Source: Lingula anatina
Taxonomy: Eukaryota > Animalia > Brachiopoda
Direction of reading: 5' to 3'
Assembly: GCA_051362555.1 (NCBI GenBank)
Contig: CM120642.1
Location: forward strand, 22,072,001 to 22,136,000
Length of the DNA stretch: 64,000 nucleotides
Part shown: positions 13,601-28,600 of the stretch, in pieces
Position numbering within the stretch: position 1 is the stretch's first letter
How the letters are laid out: each line of letters starts with the position of its first letter
Made by a program: the position numbers and the translations under genes
Notes under the pieces: model-generated
What the model saw: the letters and a program-made list of their open reading frames with translations, nothing else
Told to the model about the DNA's origin: nothing
The model's database searches: none

Positions 13601-16600
13601 TGTCACTGTACATGTCAAAATTCATTCTGATCACTGTGTATGTCTGTATTGTGACTGTGTTTGTTTGTATTTATTTACATTAATGTTCATGTTTGTGTTG
13701 GCACTGGTCATTTTTGTATTTATTGTGAGCATTATGTACGTCTATTTTGTCAGTGTATTTGTTTGTAATCATTACTATTACTCTGCATGATAGTACTGTC
13801 ACTGTATGTCTATGTGTCTGTTTATATTCTGTTCTCTGAGTCTATTCTGTATTGTCACTGTATGTGTTTCCATGTATTGTGATCACTGTGTATGGCTATG
13901 TTTTCACTCTTTTTCCTTGTGTTCATTTTCATTACGATGCATGTTACTGTTATAACTGTACATGTTAATATTTATTTTGATCACTGTACCTGTTGTGTCA
14001 TTACTGTTGGTGTTTGTATTTATTGAGAGCAATGTTTATGTCAGTTTTTTCTCTCTATATGTTTTTAATCATTATTATAACTGTTCATGTTTGTGTTGTT
14101 GCTGCAAGCATAGATTGTGGCTGTTTATATTCCGATTGCTGTTTCCATTTTCTATTGTCATGTGTGTATGTCTGTATTGTGACCGTGTTTGTTTGTATTT
14201 ATTTACATTACTGTTCATGTTTGTGTCATTACTGTTGGTGTTTGTATTAATTGTTAGCAATGCTTATGTCAGTTTTGTCCCTCTTTTTGTTTATTATTAT
14301 AACTATAGCACTGAATGCTGAGTGTTGTCAATGTATGTCTATGTGTCTATTTATATTCTTTTTCTGTGTCTATTCTGTATTGATACTAAATGTGTTTGTG
14401 TATATTGTGATGACTGTGTACGGCTATGTTTGCACTCTTTTCCCTTGTGTTCATTGTCATAACAGTGCACATTACTGTTATCATTGTCCATGTGAATATT
14501 TATTAAGATCAATGTGTATGTTTGTGTTGTTACTGTTTGTGTCTGCACATAATTCTGATCACTGTGAAAGTCTATTTGTCCTTCTGTTTGTTTGTAATGA
14601 TTCTCATTACTGTGCATGATAATGATGTCACTGTTTGTGTTTGTATTTATTGTGATCACTGTATGTGTTTGCGTAGGTACTGTTGTTGTTTGTATTTATT
14701 GTGAACACTGTTTCTATTCAGTGCTGTCATTGTACGTGTTTGTATATATATTGTGATCACTTCATCCTTGTGTTCATTTTCATTACAATGCATGTTACTG
14801 TTATAACAGTTACTTTGTTACTTTATATGGTTGTGTTGTCACTGTACATGTCAACTTATTCTGTTCACTGTGTATGTCTGTATTGTGACTGTGTTTGTTT
14901 GTATTTATTTTGATTACTGTGCATGATTGTCTTGTCACTGTTTGTGTTTGTATTTATCATGATCACTGTATATGTTTGCATCGTTACTGTTGATGTTTGT
15001 ATTTATTGTCAACACTGTTTCCATGCTGTACTGTCATTGTATGTTTTTGTATATATATTGTGATCACTGTGTATGTCTTTGTTTTCACCCCATCACTGAT
15101 CATTGTGTATGACTGTGCTATCACCTAATTAATTAGTGTTCATTCTGGTTACTGTGCATGGTTGTGTTGTCACTATACATGTCAAAATTTATTCTGATCA
15201 CTGTGTATGTCTGTATTGTGACTGTGTTTGTTTGTATTTATTTACATTACTGTTCACATTTGTGTTGTCACTGTTCGTGTTTCTATTTATTGTGAGCAAT
15301 GTGTATGTCTGTTTTGTCAATGTATTTGTTTGTAATCATTTCTATTACTCTGCATGATGGTACTGTCACTGTATGTGTATGTGTCTCTTTATATTCTGTA
15401 CTCTGTGTCTATTCTGTATTGTCACTGTATGTGTTTCCATGTATTGTGATCACTGTGTACGGCTATGTTTTCACTCTTTTTTCCTTTTGCTCATTTTCAT
15501 TACGAAGCATGTTACTGTTATAACTGTGCATGTTAATATTTATTTTGATCACTGTTCATGTTTGTGTCATTACTGTTGGTGTTTCTATTGTGAGCAATGT
15601 TTATGTCAGTTTTTACTCTCTATATGTTTCTTTATCATTATTATAACTGTTCATGTTTGTGTTGTTGCTGTAAGCATAGTTTGTGTCTTTTTATGTTCCA
15701 ATTGCTGTTTCCATTCTCTATTGTCATTATATGTGTTTGTATATGTATTGTGATCACTGTGTATGTCTGTGTTTTCACCCCATCACTGATCACTGTGTAT
15801 GACTGTGCTATCACCTAATTATATAATTAGTGTTCATTCTGGTTACTGTGCATGGTTGCGTTGTCACTGTACATGTCAAAATTTATTCTGATCACTGTGT
15901 ATGTCTGTATTGTGACTGTGTTTGTTTGTATTTATTAACATTACTGTTCATGTTTGTGTCATTACTGTTGGTGTTTTTATTTATTGTTAGTAATGTGTAT
16001 GTCAGTTTTGTCTTTAAATTACTACTGCGCTGAATGATGGTGTTTTCAATGTATGACTATGTTTCTGTTTATATTCTGTTTGCTGTGTCTATTCACTATT
16101 GCTACTGAATGTGTTTGTATATATTGTGGTTACTGTGTATGGCTATGTTTCCACCCTTTTTACTTGTGTTTATTCTAATTACAGTGCACATTACTATTAT
16201 CAATGTACATGTTTATATTAATTTTGACCACTGTGTATGTTTGTGTTGTTACTGTTTGTGTCTACACATAATTCTGATCACTGTGAAAGTCTGTTTGTCC
16301 TTCTATTTGTTTGTAATAATTATCATTACTGTGCCTGTTAATGTTATCACTGTTTGTGTTTGTATTTATTGTGATCACTGTATGTGTTTGCATAGTTACT
16401 GTTTATGTTTGTATTTATTGTGAACACTGTTTCTATTCTGTACTGTCATTGTACATGTTTGTATATATATTGTGATCACTGTGTATATCTCTGTTTTTCA
16501 CTCCATCACTGATCACTGTGTATTACTGTGTATTACTGTGTAATCATCCAATTAATTTGTGTTTATTCTGATTACTATACATGGTTGCGTTGTCACTGTA

Positions 16601-19600
16601 CATGTCAAAATTTATTCTGATCACTGTGTATGTCTGTATTGGGACTGTGTTTGTTTGTATTTATTTACATTACTGCTCTCGTTTGTGTTGTCACTGTTCG
16701 TGTTTGTATTTATTGTGAGCAATGTGCAAGTCTGTTTTGTCAATGTATTTGTTTGTAATCATTACTATTACTCTGCATGATAGTACTGTCACTGTATGTC
16801 TGTGTGTCTGTTTATATTCTTGTGTTCATTTTCATTACTGTGGAAGTTACTTTTATCACTTTTACTGTTAATATTTATTTTGTTCACTATGCTTGTTACT
16901 GTTATAACAGCTACTTGGTTACTTTACATGGTTGTGTAGTCACTGTACATGTCAGCTTATTCTGTTCACTGTGTATGTCTGTGTTTTCACCCCATCACTA
17001 TCACTGTGTATGACTCTGCTATCACCTAATTATATATGTGTTTATTCTGGTTACTGTGCATGGTTGTGTTGTCACTGTACATGTCAAAATTTATTCTGAT
17101 CACTGTGTATGTCTGTATTGTGACTCTGTTTGTTTGTATTTATTTACATTACTGTTCATGTTTGTGTCATTACTGTTGGTGTTTGTATTTATTGTTAGCA
17201 ATGCTTATGTCAGTTTTGTCACTCTCTTTGTTTGTAAACATTACTATTGCTCTGAATGATGGTGTTGTCAATGTATGACTATGTGTCTGTTTATATTCTG
17301 TTTGCTATGTCTATTCACTATTGCTACTGAGTGTGTTTGTATATATTGTGATGACTGTGTACGCCCATGTTTCCACTCTTTTTCCTTGTGTTTATTCTAA
17401 TTACAGTGCACATTACTATTATCAATGTACATGTTTATATTCATTTTAATCACTGTGTATGTTTGCGTTGTTACTGTTTGTGTCTGCATATATTTCTGAT
17501 CACTGTGTAAGTCTGTTTGTTTTTCTATTTGTTTGTAATCATTGTCATTGCTGTTCATGTTTGTGTTGTCATTGTTTTGGTTTGTTTTTATTGGGATCAC
17601 TGTGTATGTTTGTGTCATTATTGTTGGTGTTTGTATTTATTATTAGCAATGTGTATGTCAGTTTTGTCCCTCTATTTGTTTATTATTATAACTATAGCAC
17701 TGAATGCTGAGTGTTGTCAATGTATGTCTATGTGTCTATTTATATTCTTTTTTCTGTGTCTGTTCTGTATTGATACTAAATGTGTTTGTGTATATTGTGA
17801 TGACTGTGTACGGCTATGTTTGCACTTTTTTCCCTTGTGTTCATTGTCATAACAGTGCACGTTACTGTTATCACTGTCCATGTATATATTTATTTTGATC
17901 AAAGTGTATGTTTGTGTTGTTATTGTTTGTGTCTGCACATAATTCTGATCACTGTGAAAGTCTATTTGTCCTTCTGTTTGTTTGTAATAAATATCATTAC
18001 TGTGCATGTTAATGTTGTCACTGTTTGTGTTTGTATTTTTCGTGATCACTGTATGTGTTTGCGTCATTACTATTAATGTTTGTATTTATTGTGAACACTA
18101 TTTCCATTCTGTACTGTTCGTGTTTGTATATATATTGTGATCACTGTGTATGTCTCTGTTTTCACTCCATCACTGATCACTGTGTATTACTGTGTAATCA
18201 TCCAATTAATTTGTGTTCATTCTGATTACTCTACATGGTTGTGTTGTCACTGTACATGTCAAAATTCATTCTGATCACTGTGTATGTCTGTATTGTGACT
18301 GTGTTTGTTTGTATTTATTTACATTAATGTTCATGTTTGTGTTGGCACTGGTCATTTTTGTATTTATTGTGAGCATTATGTACGTCTATTTTGTCAGTGT
18401 ATTTGTTTGTAATCATTACTATTACTCTGCATGATAGTACTGTCACTGTATGTCTATGTGTCTGTTTATATTCTGTTCTCTGAGTCTATTCTGTATTGTC
18501 ACTGTATGTGTTTCCATGTATTGTGATCACTGTGTATGGCTATGTTTTCACTCTTTTTCCTTGTGTTCATTTTCATTACGATGCATGTTACTGTTATAAC
18601 TGTACATGTTAATATTTATTTTGATCACTGTACCTGTTGTGTCATTACTGTTGGTGTTTGTATTTATTGAGAGCAATGTTTATGTCAGTTTTTTCTCTCT
18701 ATATGTTTTTAATCATTATTATAACTGTTCATGTTTGTGTTGTTGCTGCAAGCATAGATTGTGGCTGTTTATATTCCGATTGCTGTTTCCATTTTCTATT
18801 GTCATGTGTGTATGTCTGTACTGTGACCGTGTTTGTTTGTATTTATTTACATTACTGTTCGTGTTTGTGTCATTACTGTTGGTGTTTGTATTAATTGTTA
18901 GCAATGCTTATGTCAGTTTTGTCCCTCTTTTTGTTTATTATTATAACTATAGCACTGAATGCTGAGTGTTGTCAATGTATGTCTATGTGTCTATTTATAT
19001 TCTTTTTCTGTGTCTATTCTGTATTGATACTAAATGTGTTTGTGTATATTGTGATGACTGTGTACGGCTATGTTTGCACTCTTTTCCCTTGTGTTCATTG
19101 TCATAACAGTGCACATTACTGTTATCATTGTCCATGTGAATATTTATTAAGATCAATGTGTATGTTTGTGTTGTTACTGTTTGTGTCTGCACATAATTCT
19201 GATCACTGTGAAAGTCTATTTGTCCTTCTGTTTGTTTGTAATGATTCTCATTACTGTGCATGATAATGATGTCACTGTTTGTGTTTGTATTTATTGTGAT
19301 CACTGTATGTGTTTGCGTAGGTACTGTTGTTGTTTGTATTTATTGTGAACACTGTTTCTATTCAGTGCTGTCATTGTACGTGTTTGTATATATATTGTGA
19401 TCACTTCATCCTTGTGTTCATTTTCATTACAATGCATGTTACTGTTATAACAGTTACTTTGTTACTTTATATGGTTGTGTTGTCACTGTACATGTCAACT
19501 TATTCTGTTCACTGTGTATGTCTGTATTGTGACTGTGTTTGTTTGTATTTATTTTGATTACTGTGCATGATTGTCTTGTCACTGTTTGTGTTTGTATTTA

Positions 19601-22600
19601 TCATGATCACTGTATATGTTTGCATCGTTACTGTTGATGTTTGTATTTATTGTCAACACTGTTTCCATGCTGTACTGTCATTGTATGTTTTTGTATATAT
19701 ATTGTGATCACTGTGTATGTCTTTGTTTTCACCCCATCACTGATCATTGTGTATGACTGTGCTATCACCTAATTAATTAGTGTTCATTCTGGTTACTGTG
19801 CATGGTTGTGTTGTCACTATACATGTCAAAATTTATTCTGATCACTGTGTATGTCTGTATTGTGACTGTGTTTGTTTGTATTTATTTACATTACTGTTCA
19901 CATTTGTGTTGTCACTGTTCGTGTTTCTATTTATTGTGAGCAATGTGTATGTCTGTTTTGTCAATGTATTTGTTTGTAATCATTTCTATTACTCTGCATG
20001 ATGGTACTGTCACTGTATGTGTATGTGTCTCTTTATATTCTGTACTCTGTGTCTATTCTGTATTGTCACTGTATGTGTTTCCATGTATTGTGATCACTGT
20101 GTACGGCTATGTTTTCACTCTTTTTTCCTTTTGCTCATTTTCATTACGAAGCATGTTACTGTTATAACTGTGCATGTTGATATTTATTTTGATCACTGTT
20201 CATGTTTGTGTCATTACTGTTGGTGTTTCTATTGTGAGCAATGTTTATGTCAGTTTTTACTCTCTATATGTTTCTTTATCATTATTATAACTGTTCATGT
20301 TTGTGTTGTTGCTGTAAGCATAGTTTGTGTCTTTTTATGTTCCAATTGCTGTTTCCATTCTCTATTGTCATTATATGTGTTTGTATATGTATTGTGATCA
20401 CTGTGTATGTCTGTGTTTTCACCCCATCACTGATCACTGTGTATGACTGTGCTATCACCTAATTATATAATTAGTGTTCATTCTGGTTACTGTGCATGGT
20501 TGCGTTGTCACTGTACATGTCAAAATTTATTCTGATCACTGTGTATGTCTGTATTGTGACTGTGTTTGTTTGTATTTATTAACATTACTGTTCATGTTTG
20601 TGTCATTACTGTTGGTGTTTTTATTTATTGTTAGTAATGTGTATGTCAGTTTTGTCTTTAAATTACTACTGCGCTGAATGATGGTGTTTTCAATGTATGA
20701 CTATGTTTCTGTTTATATTCTGTTTGCTGTGTCTATTCACTATTGCTACTGAATGTGTTTGTATATATTGTGGTTACTGTGTATGGCTATGTTTCCACCC
20801 TTTTTACTTGTGTTTATTCTAATTACAGTGCACATTACTATTATCAATGTACATGTTTATATTAATTTTGACCACTGTGTATGTTTGTGTTGTTACTGTT
20901 TGTGTCTACACATAATTCTGATCACTGTGAAAGTCTGTTTGTCCTTCTATTTGTTTGTAATAATTATCATTACTGTGCCTGTTAATGTTATCACTGTTTG
21001 TGTTTGTATTTATTGTGATCACTGTATGTGTTTGCATAGTTACTGTTTATGTTTGTATTTATTGTGAACACTGTTTCTATTCTGTACTGTCATTGTACAT
21101 GTTTGTATATATATTGTGATCACTGTGTATATCTCTGTTTTTCACTCCATCACTGATCACTGTGTATTACTGTGTATTACTGTGTAATCATCCAATTAAT
21201 TTGTGTTTATTCTGATTACTATACATGGTTGCGTTGTCACTGTACATGTCAAAATTTATTCTGATCACTGTGTATGTCTGTATTGGGACTGTGTTTGTTT
21301 GTATTTATTTACATTACTGCTCTCGTTTGTGTTGTCACTGTTCGTGTTTGTATTTATTGTGAGCAATGTGCAAGTCTGTTTTGTCAATGTATTTGTTTGT
21401 AATCATTACTATTACTCTGCATGATAGTACTGTCACTGTATGTCTGTGTGTCTGTTTATATTCTTGTGTTCATTTTCATTACTGTGGAAGTTACTTTTAT
21501 CACTTTTACTGTTAATATTTATTTTGTTCACTATGCTTGTTACTGTTATAACAGCTACTTGGTTACTTTACATGGTTGTGTAGTCACTGTACATGTCAGC
21601 TTATTCTGTTCACTGTGTATGTCTGTGTTTTCACCCCATCACTATCACTGTGTATGACTCTGCTATCACCTAATTATATATGTGTTTATTCTGGTTACTG
21701 TGCATGGTTGTGTTGTCACTGTACATGTCAAAATTTATTCTGATCACTGTGTATGTCTGTATTGTGACTCTGTTTGTTTGTATTTATTTACATTACTGTT
21801 CATGTTTGTGTCATTACTGTTGGTGTTTGTATTTATTGTTAGCAATGCTTATGTCAGTTTTGTCACTCTCTTTGTTTGTAAACATTACTATTGCTCTGAA
21901 TGATGGTGTTGTCAATGTATGACTATGTGTCTGTTTATATTCTGTTTGCTATGTCTATTCACTATTGCTACTGAGTGTGTTTGTATATATTGTGATGACT
22001 GTGTACGCCCATGTTTCCACTCTTTTTCCTTGTGTTTATTCTAATTACAGTGCACATTACTATTATCAATGTACATGTTTATATTCATTTTAATCACTGT
22101 GTATGTTTGCGTTGTTACTGTTTGTGTCTGCATATATTTCTGATCACTGTGTAAGTCTGTTTGTTTTTCTATTTGTTTGTAATCATTGTCATTGCTGTTC
22201 ATGTTTGTGTTGTCATTGTTTTGGTTTGTTTTTATTGGGATCACTGTGTATGTTTGTGTCATTATTGTTGGTGTTTGTATTTATTATTAGCAATGTGTAT
22301 GTCAGTTTTGTCCCTCTATTTGTTTATTATTATAACTATAGCACTGAATGCTGAGTGTTGTCAATGTATGTCTATGTGTCTATTTATATTCTTTTTTCTG
22401 TGTCTGTTCTGTATTGATACTAAATGTGTTTGTGTATATTGTGATGACTGTGTACGGCTATGTTTGCACTTTTTTCCCTTGTGTTCATTGTCATAACAGT
22501 GCACGTTACTGTTATCACTGTCCATGTATATATTTATTTTGATCAAAGTGTATGTTTGTGTTGTTATTGTTTGTGTCTGCACATAATTCTGATCACTGTG

Positions 22601-25600
22601 AAAGTCTATTTGTCCTTCTGTTTGTTTGTAATAAATATCATTACTGTGCATGTTAATGTTGTCACTGTTTGTGTTTGTATTTATCGTGATCACTGTATGT
22701 GTTTGCGTCATTACTATTAATGTTTGTATTTATTGTGAACACTATTTCCATTCTGTACTGTTCGTGTTTGTATATATATTGTGATCACTGTGTATGTCTC
22801 TGTTTTCACTCCATCACTGATCACTGTGTATTACTGTGTAATCATCCAATTAATTTGTGTTCATTCTGATTACTCTACATGGTTGTGTTGTCACTGTACA
22901 TGTCAAAATTCATTCTGATCACTGTGTATGTCTGTATTGTGACTGTGTTTGTTTGTATTTATTTACATTAATGTTCATGTTTGTGTTGGCACTGGTCATT
23001 TTTGTATTTATTGTGAGCATTATGTACGTCTATTTTGTCAGTGTATTTGTTTGTAATCATTACTATTACTCTGCATGATAGTACTGTCACTGTATGTCTA
23101 TGTGTCTGTTTATATTCTGTTCTCTGAGTCTATTCTGTATTGTCACTGTATGTGTTTCCATGTATTGTGATCACTGTGTATGGCTATGTTTTCACTCTTT
23201 TTCCTTGTGTTCATTTTCATTACGATGCATGTTACTGTTATAACTGTACATGTTAATATTTATTTTGATCACTGTACCTGTTGTGTCATTACTGTTGGTG
23301 TTTGTATTTATTGAGAGCAATGTTTATGTCAGTTTTTTCTCTCTATATGTTTTTAATCATTATTATAACTGTTCATGTTTGTGTTGTTGCTGCAAGCATA
23401 GATTGTGGCTGTTTATATTCCGATTGCTGTTTCCATTTTCTATTGTCATGTGTGTATGTCTGTATTGTGACCGTGTTTGTTTGTATTTATTTACATTACT
23501 GTTCATGTTTGTGTCATTACTGTTGGTGTTTGTATTAATTGTTAGCAATGCTTATGTCAGTTTTGTCCCTCTTTTTGTTTATTATTATAACTATAGCACT
23601 GAATGCTGAGTGTTGTCAATGTATGTCTATGTGTCTATTTATATTCTTTTTCTGTGTCTATTCTGTATTGATACTAAATGTGTTTGTGTATATTGTGATG
23701 ACTGTGTACGGCTATGTTTGCACTCTTTTCCCTTGTGTTCATTGTCATAACAGTGCACATTACTGTTATCATTGTCCATGTGAATATTTATTAAGATCAA
23801 TGTGTATGTTTGTGTTGTTACTGTTTGTGTCTGCACATAATTCTGATCACTGTGAAAGTCTATTTGTCCTTCTGTTTGTTTGTAATGATTCTCATTACTG
23901 TGCATGATAATGATGTCACTGTTTGTGTTTGTATTTATTGTGATCACTGTATGTGTTTGCGTAGGTACTGTTGTTGTTTGTATTTATTGTGAACACTGTT
24001 TCTATTCAGTGCTGTCATTGTACGTGTTTGTATATATATTGTGATCACTTCATCCTTGTGTTCATTTTCATTACAATGCATGTTACTGTTATAACAGTTA
24101 CTTTGTTACTTTATATGGTTGTGTTGTCACTGTACATGTCAACTTATTCTGTTCACTGTGTATGTCTGTATTGTGACTGTGTTTGTTTGTATTTATTTTG
24201 ATTACTGTGCATGATTGTCTTGTCACTGTTTGTGTTTGTATTTATCATGATCACTGTATATGTTTGCATCGTTACTGTTGATGTTTGTATTTATTGTCAA
24301 CACTGTTTCCATGCTGTACTGTCATTGTATGTTTTTGTATATATATTGTGATCACTGTGTATGTCTTTGTTTTCACCCCATCACTGATCATTGTGTATGA
24401 CTGTGCTATCACCTAATTAATTAGTGTTCATTCTGGTTACTGTGCATGGTTGTGTTGTCACTATACATGTCAAAATTTATTCTGATCACTGTGTATGTCT
24501 GTATTGTGACTGTGTTTGTTTGTATTTATTTACATTACTGTTCACATTTGTGTTGTCACTGTTCGTGTTTCTATTTATTGTGAGCAATGTGTATGTCTGT
24601 TTTGTCAATGTATTTGTTTGTAATCATTTCTATTACTCTGCATGATGGTACTGTCACTGTATGTGTATGTGTCTCTTTATATTCTGTACTCTGTGTCTAT
24701 TCTGTATTGTCACTGTATGTGTTTCCATGTATTGTGATCACTGTGTACGGCTATGTTTTCACTCTTTTTTCCTTTTGCTCATTTTCATTACGAAGCATGT
24801 TACTGTTATAACTGTGCATGTTGATATTTATTTTGATCACTGTTCATGTTTGTGTCATTACTGTTGGTGTTTCTATTGTGAGCAATGTTTATGTCAGTTT
24901 TTACTCTCTATATGTTTCTTTATCATTATTATAACTGTTCATGTTTGTGTTGTTGCTGTAAGCATAGTTTGTGTCTTTTTATGTTCCAATTGCTGTTTCC
25001 ATTCTCTATTGTCATTATATGTGTTTGTATATGTATTGTGATCACTGTGTATGTCTGTGTTTTCACCCCATCACTGATCACTGTGTATGACTGTGCTATC
25101 ACCTAATTATATAATTAGTGTTCATTCTGGTTACTGTGCATGGTTGCGTTGTCACTGTACATGTCAAAATTTATTCTGATCACTGTGTATGTCTGTATTG
25201 TGACTGTGTTTGTTTGTATTTATTAACATTACTGTTCATGTTTGTGTCATTACTGTTGGTGTTTTTATTTATTGTTAGTAATGTGTATGTCAGTTTTGTC
25301 TTTAAATTACTACTGCGCTGAATGATGGTGTTTTCAATGTATGACTATGTTTCTGTTTATATTCTGTTTGCTGTGTCTATTCACTATTGCTACTGAATGT
25401 GTTTGTATATATTGTGGTTACTGTGTATGGCTATGTTTCCACCCTTTTTACTTGTGTTTATTCTAATTACAGTGCACATTACTATTATCAATGTACATGT
25501 TTATATTAATTTTGACCACTGTGTATGTTTGTGTTGTTACTGTTTGTGTCTACACATAATTCTGATCACTGTGAAAGTCTGTTTGTCCTTCTATTTGTTT

Positions 25601-28600
25601 GTAATAATTATCATTACTGTGCCTGTTAATGTTATCACTGTTTGTGTTTGTATTTATTGTGATCACTGTATGTGTTTGCATAGTTACTGTTTATGTTTGT
25701 ATTTATTGTGAACACTGTTTCTATTCTGTACTGTCATTGTACATGTTTGTATATATATTGTGATCACTGTGTATATCTCTGTTTTTCACTCCATCACTGA
25801 TCACTGTGTATTACTGTGTATTACTGTGTAATCATCCAATTAATTTGTGTTTATTCTGATTACTATACATGGTTGCGTTGTCACTGTACATGTCAAAATT
25901 TATTCTGATCACTGTGTATGTCTGTATTGGGACTGTGTTTGTTTGTATTTATTTACATTACTGCTCTCGTTTGTGTTGTCACTGTTCGTGTTTGTATTTA
26001 TTGTGAGCAATGTGCAAGTCTGTTTTGTCAATGTATTTGTTTGTAATCATTACTATTACTCTGCATGATAGTACTGTCACTGTATGTCTGTGTGTCTGTT
26101 TATATTCTTGTGTTCATTTTCATTACTGTGGAAGTTACTTTTATCACTTTTACTGTTAATATTTATTTTGTTCACTATGCTTGTTACTGTTATAACAGCT
26201 ACTTGGTTACTTTACATGGTTGTGTTGTCACTGTACATGTCAGCTTATTCTATTCACTGTGTATGTCTGTGTTTTCACCCCATCACTATCACTGTGTATG
26301 ACTCTGCTATCACCTAATTATATATGTGTTTATTCTGGTTACTGTGCATGGTTGTGTTGTCACTGTACATGTCAAAATTTATTCTGATCACTGTGTATGT
26401 CTGTATTGTGACTCTGTTTGTTTGTATTTTTTTACATTACTGTTCATGTTTGTGTCATTACTGTTGGTGTTTGTATTTATTGTTAGCAATGCTTATGTCA
26501 GTTTTGTCACTCTCTTTGTTTGTAAACATTACTATTGCTCTGAATGATGGTGTTGTCAATGTATGACTATGTGTCTGTTTATATTCTGTTTGCTATGTCT
26601 ATTCACTATTGCTACTGAGTGTGTTTGTATATATTGTGATGACTGTGTACGCCCATGTTTCCACTCTTTTTCCTTGTGTTTATTCTAATTACAGTGCACA
26701 TTACTATTATCAATGTACATGTTTATATTCATTTTAATCACTGTGTATGTTTGCGTTGTTACTGTTTGTGTCTGCATATATTTCTGATCACTGTGTAAGT
26801 CTGTTTGTTTTTCTATTTGTTTGTAATCATTGTCATTGCTGTTCATGTTTGTGTTGTCATTGTTTTGGTTTGTTTTTATTGGGATCACTGTGTATGTTTG
26901 TGTCATTATTGTTGGTGTTTGTATTTATTATTAGCAATGTGTATGTCAGTTTTGTCCCTCTATTTGTTTATTATTATAACTATAGCACTGAATGCTGAGT
27001 GTTGTCAATGTATGTCTATGTGTCTATTTATATTCTTTTTTCTGTGTCTGTTCTGTATTGATACTAAATGTGTTTGTGTATATTGTGATGACTGTGTACG
27101 GCTATGTGTGCACTTTTTTCCCTTGTGTTCATTGTCATAACAGTGCACGTTACTGTTATCACTGTCCATGTATATATTTATTTTGATCAAAGTGTATGTT
27201 TGTGTTGTTATTGTTTGTGTCTGCACATAATTCTGATCACTGTGAAAGTCTATTTGTCCTTCTGTTTGTTTGTAATAAATATCATTACTGTGCATGTTAA
27301 TGTTGTCACTGTTTGTGTTTGTATTTATCGTGATCACTGTATGTGTTTGCGTCATTACTATTAATGTTTGTATTTATTGTGAACACTATTTCCATTCTGT
27401 ACTGTTCGTGTTTGTATATATATTGTGATCACTGTGTATGTCTCTGTTTTCACTTCATCACTGATCACTGTGTATTACTGTGTAATCATCCAATTAATTT
27501 GTGTTCATTCTGATTACTCTACATGGTTGTGTTGTCACTGTACATGTCAAAATTCATTCTGATCACTGTGTATGTCTGTATTGTGACTGTGTTTGTTTGT
27601 ATTTATTTACATTAATGTTCATGTTTGTGTTGGCACTGGTCATTTTTGTATTTATTGTGAGCATTATGTACGTCTATTTTGTCAGTGTATTTGTTTGTAA
27701 TCATTACTATTACTCTGCATGATAGTACTGTCACTGTATGTCTATGTGTCTGTTTATATTCTGTTCTCTGAGTCTATTCTGTATTGTCACTGTATGTGTT
27801 TCCATGTATTGTGATCACTGTGTATGGCTATGTTTTCACTCTTTTTCCTTGTGTTCATTTTCATTACGATGCATGTTACTGTTATAACTGTACATGTTAA
27901 TATTTATTTTGATCACTGTACCTGTTGTGTCATTACTGTTGGTGTTTGTATTTATTGAGAGCAATGTTTATGTCAGTTTTTTCTCTCTATATGTTTTTAA
28001 TCATTATTATAACTGTTCATGTTTGTGTTGTTGCTGCAAGCATAGATTGTGGCTGTTTATATTCCGATTGCTGTTTCCATTTTCTATTGTCATGTGTGTA
28101 TGTCTGTATTGTGACCGTGTTTGTTTGTATTTATTTACATTACTGTTCATGTTTGTGTCATTACTGTTGGTGTTTGTATTAATTGTTAGCAATGCTTATG
28201 TCAGTTTTGTCCCTCTTTTTGTTTATTATTATAACTATAGCACTGAATGCTGAGTGTTGTCAATGTATGTCTATGTGTCTATTTATATTCTTTTTCTGTG
28301 TCTATTCTGTATTGATACTAAATGTGTTTGTGTATATTGTGATGACTGTGTACGGCTATGTTTGCACTCTTTTCCCTTGTGTTCATTGTCATAACAGTGC
28401 ACATTACTGTTATCATTGTCCATGTGAATATTTATTAAGATCAATGTGTATGTTTGTGTTGTTACTGTTTGTGTCTGCACATAATTCTGATCACTGTGAA
28501 AGTCTATTTGTCCTTCTGTTTGTTTGTAATGATTCTCATTACTGTGCATGATAATGATGTCACTGTTTGTGTTTGTATTTATTGTGATCACTGTATGTGT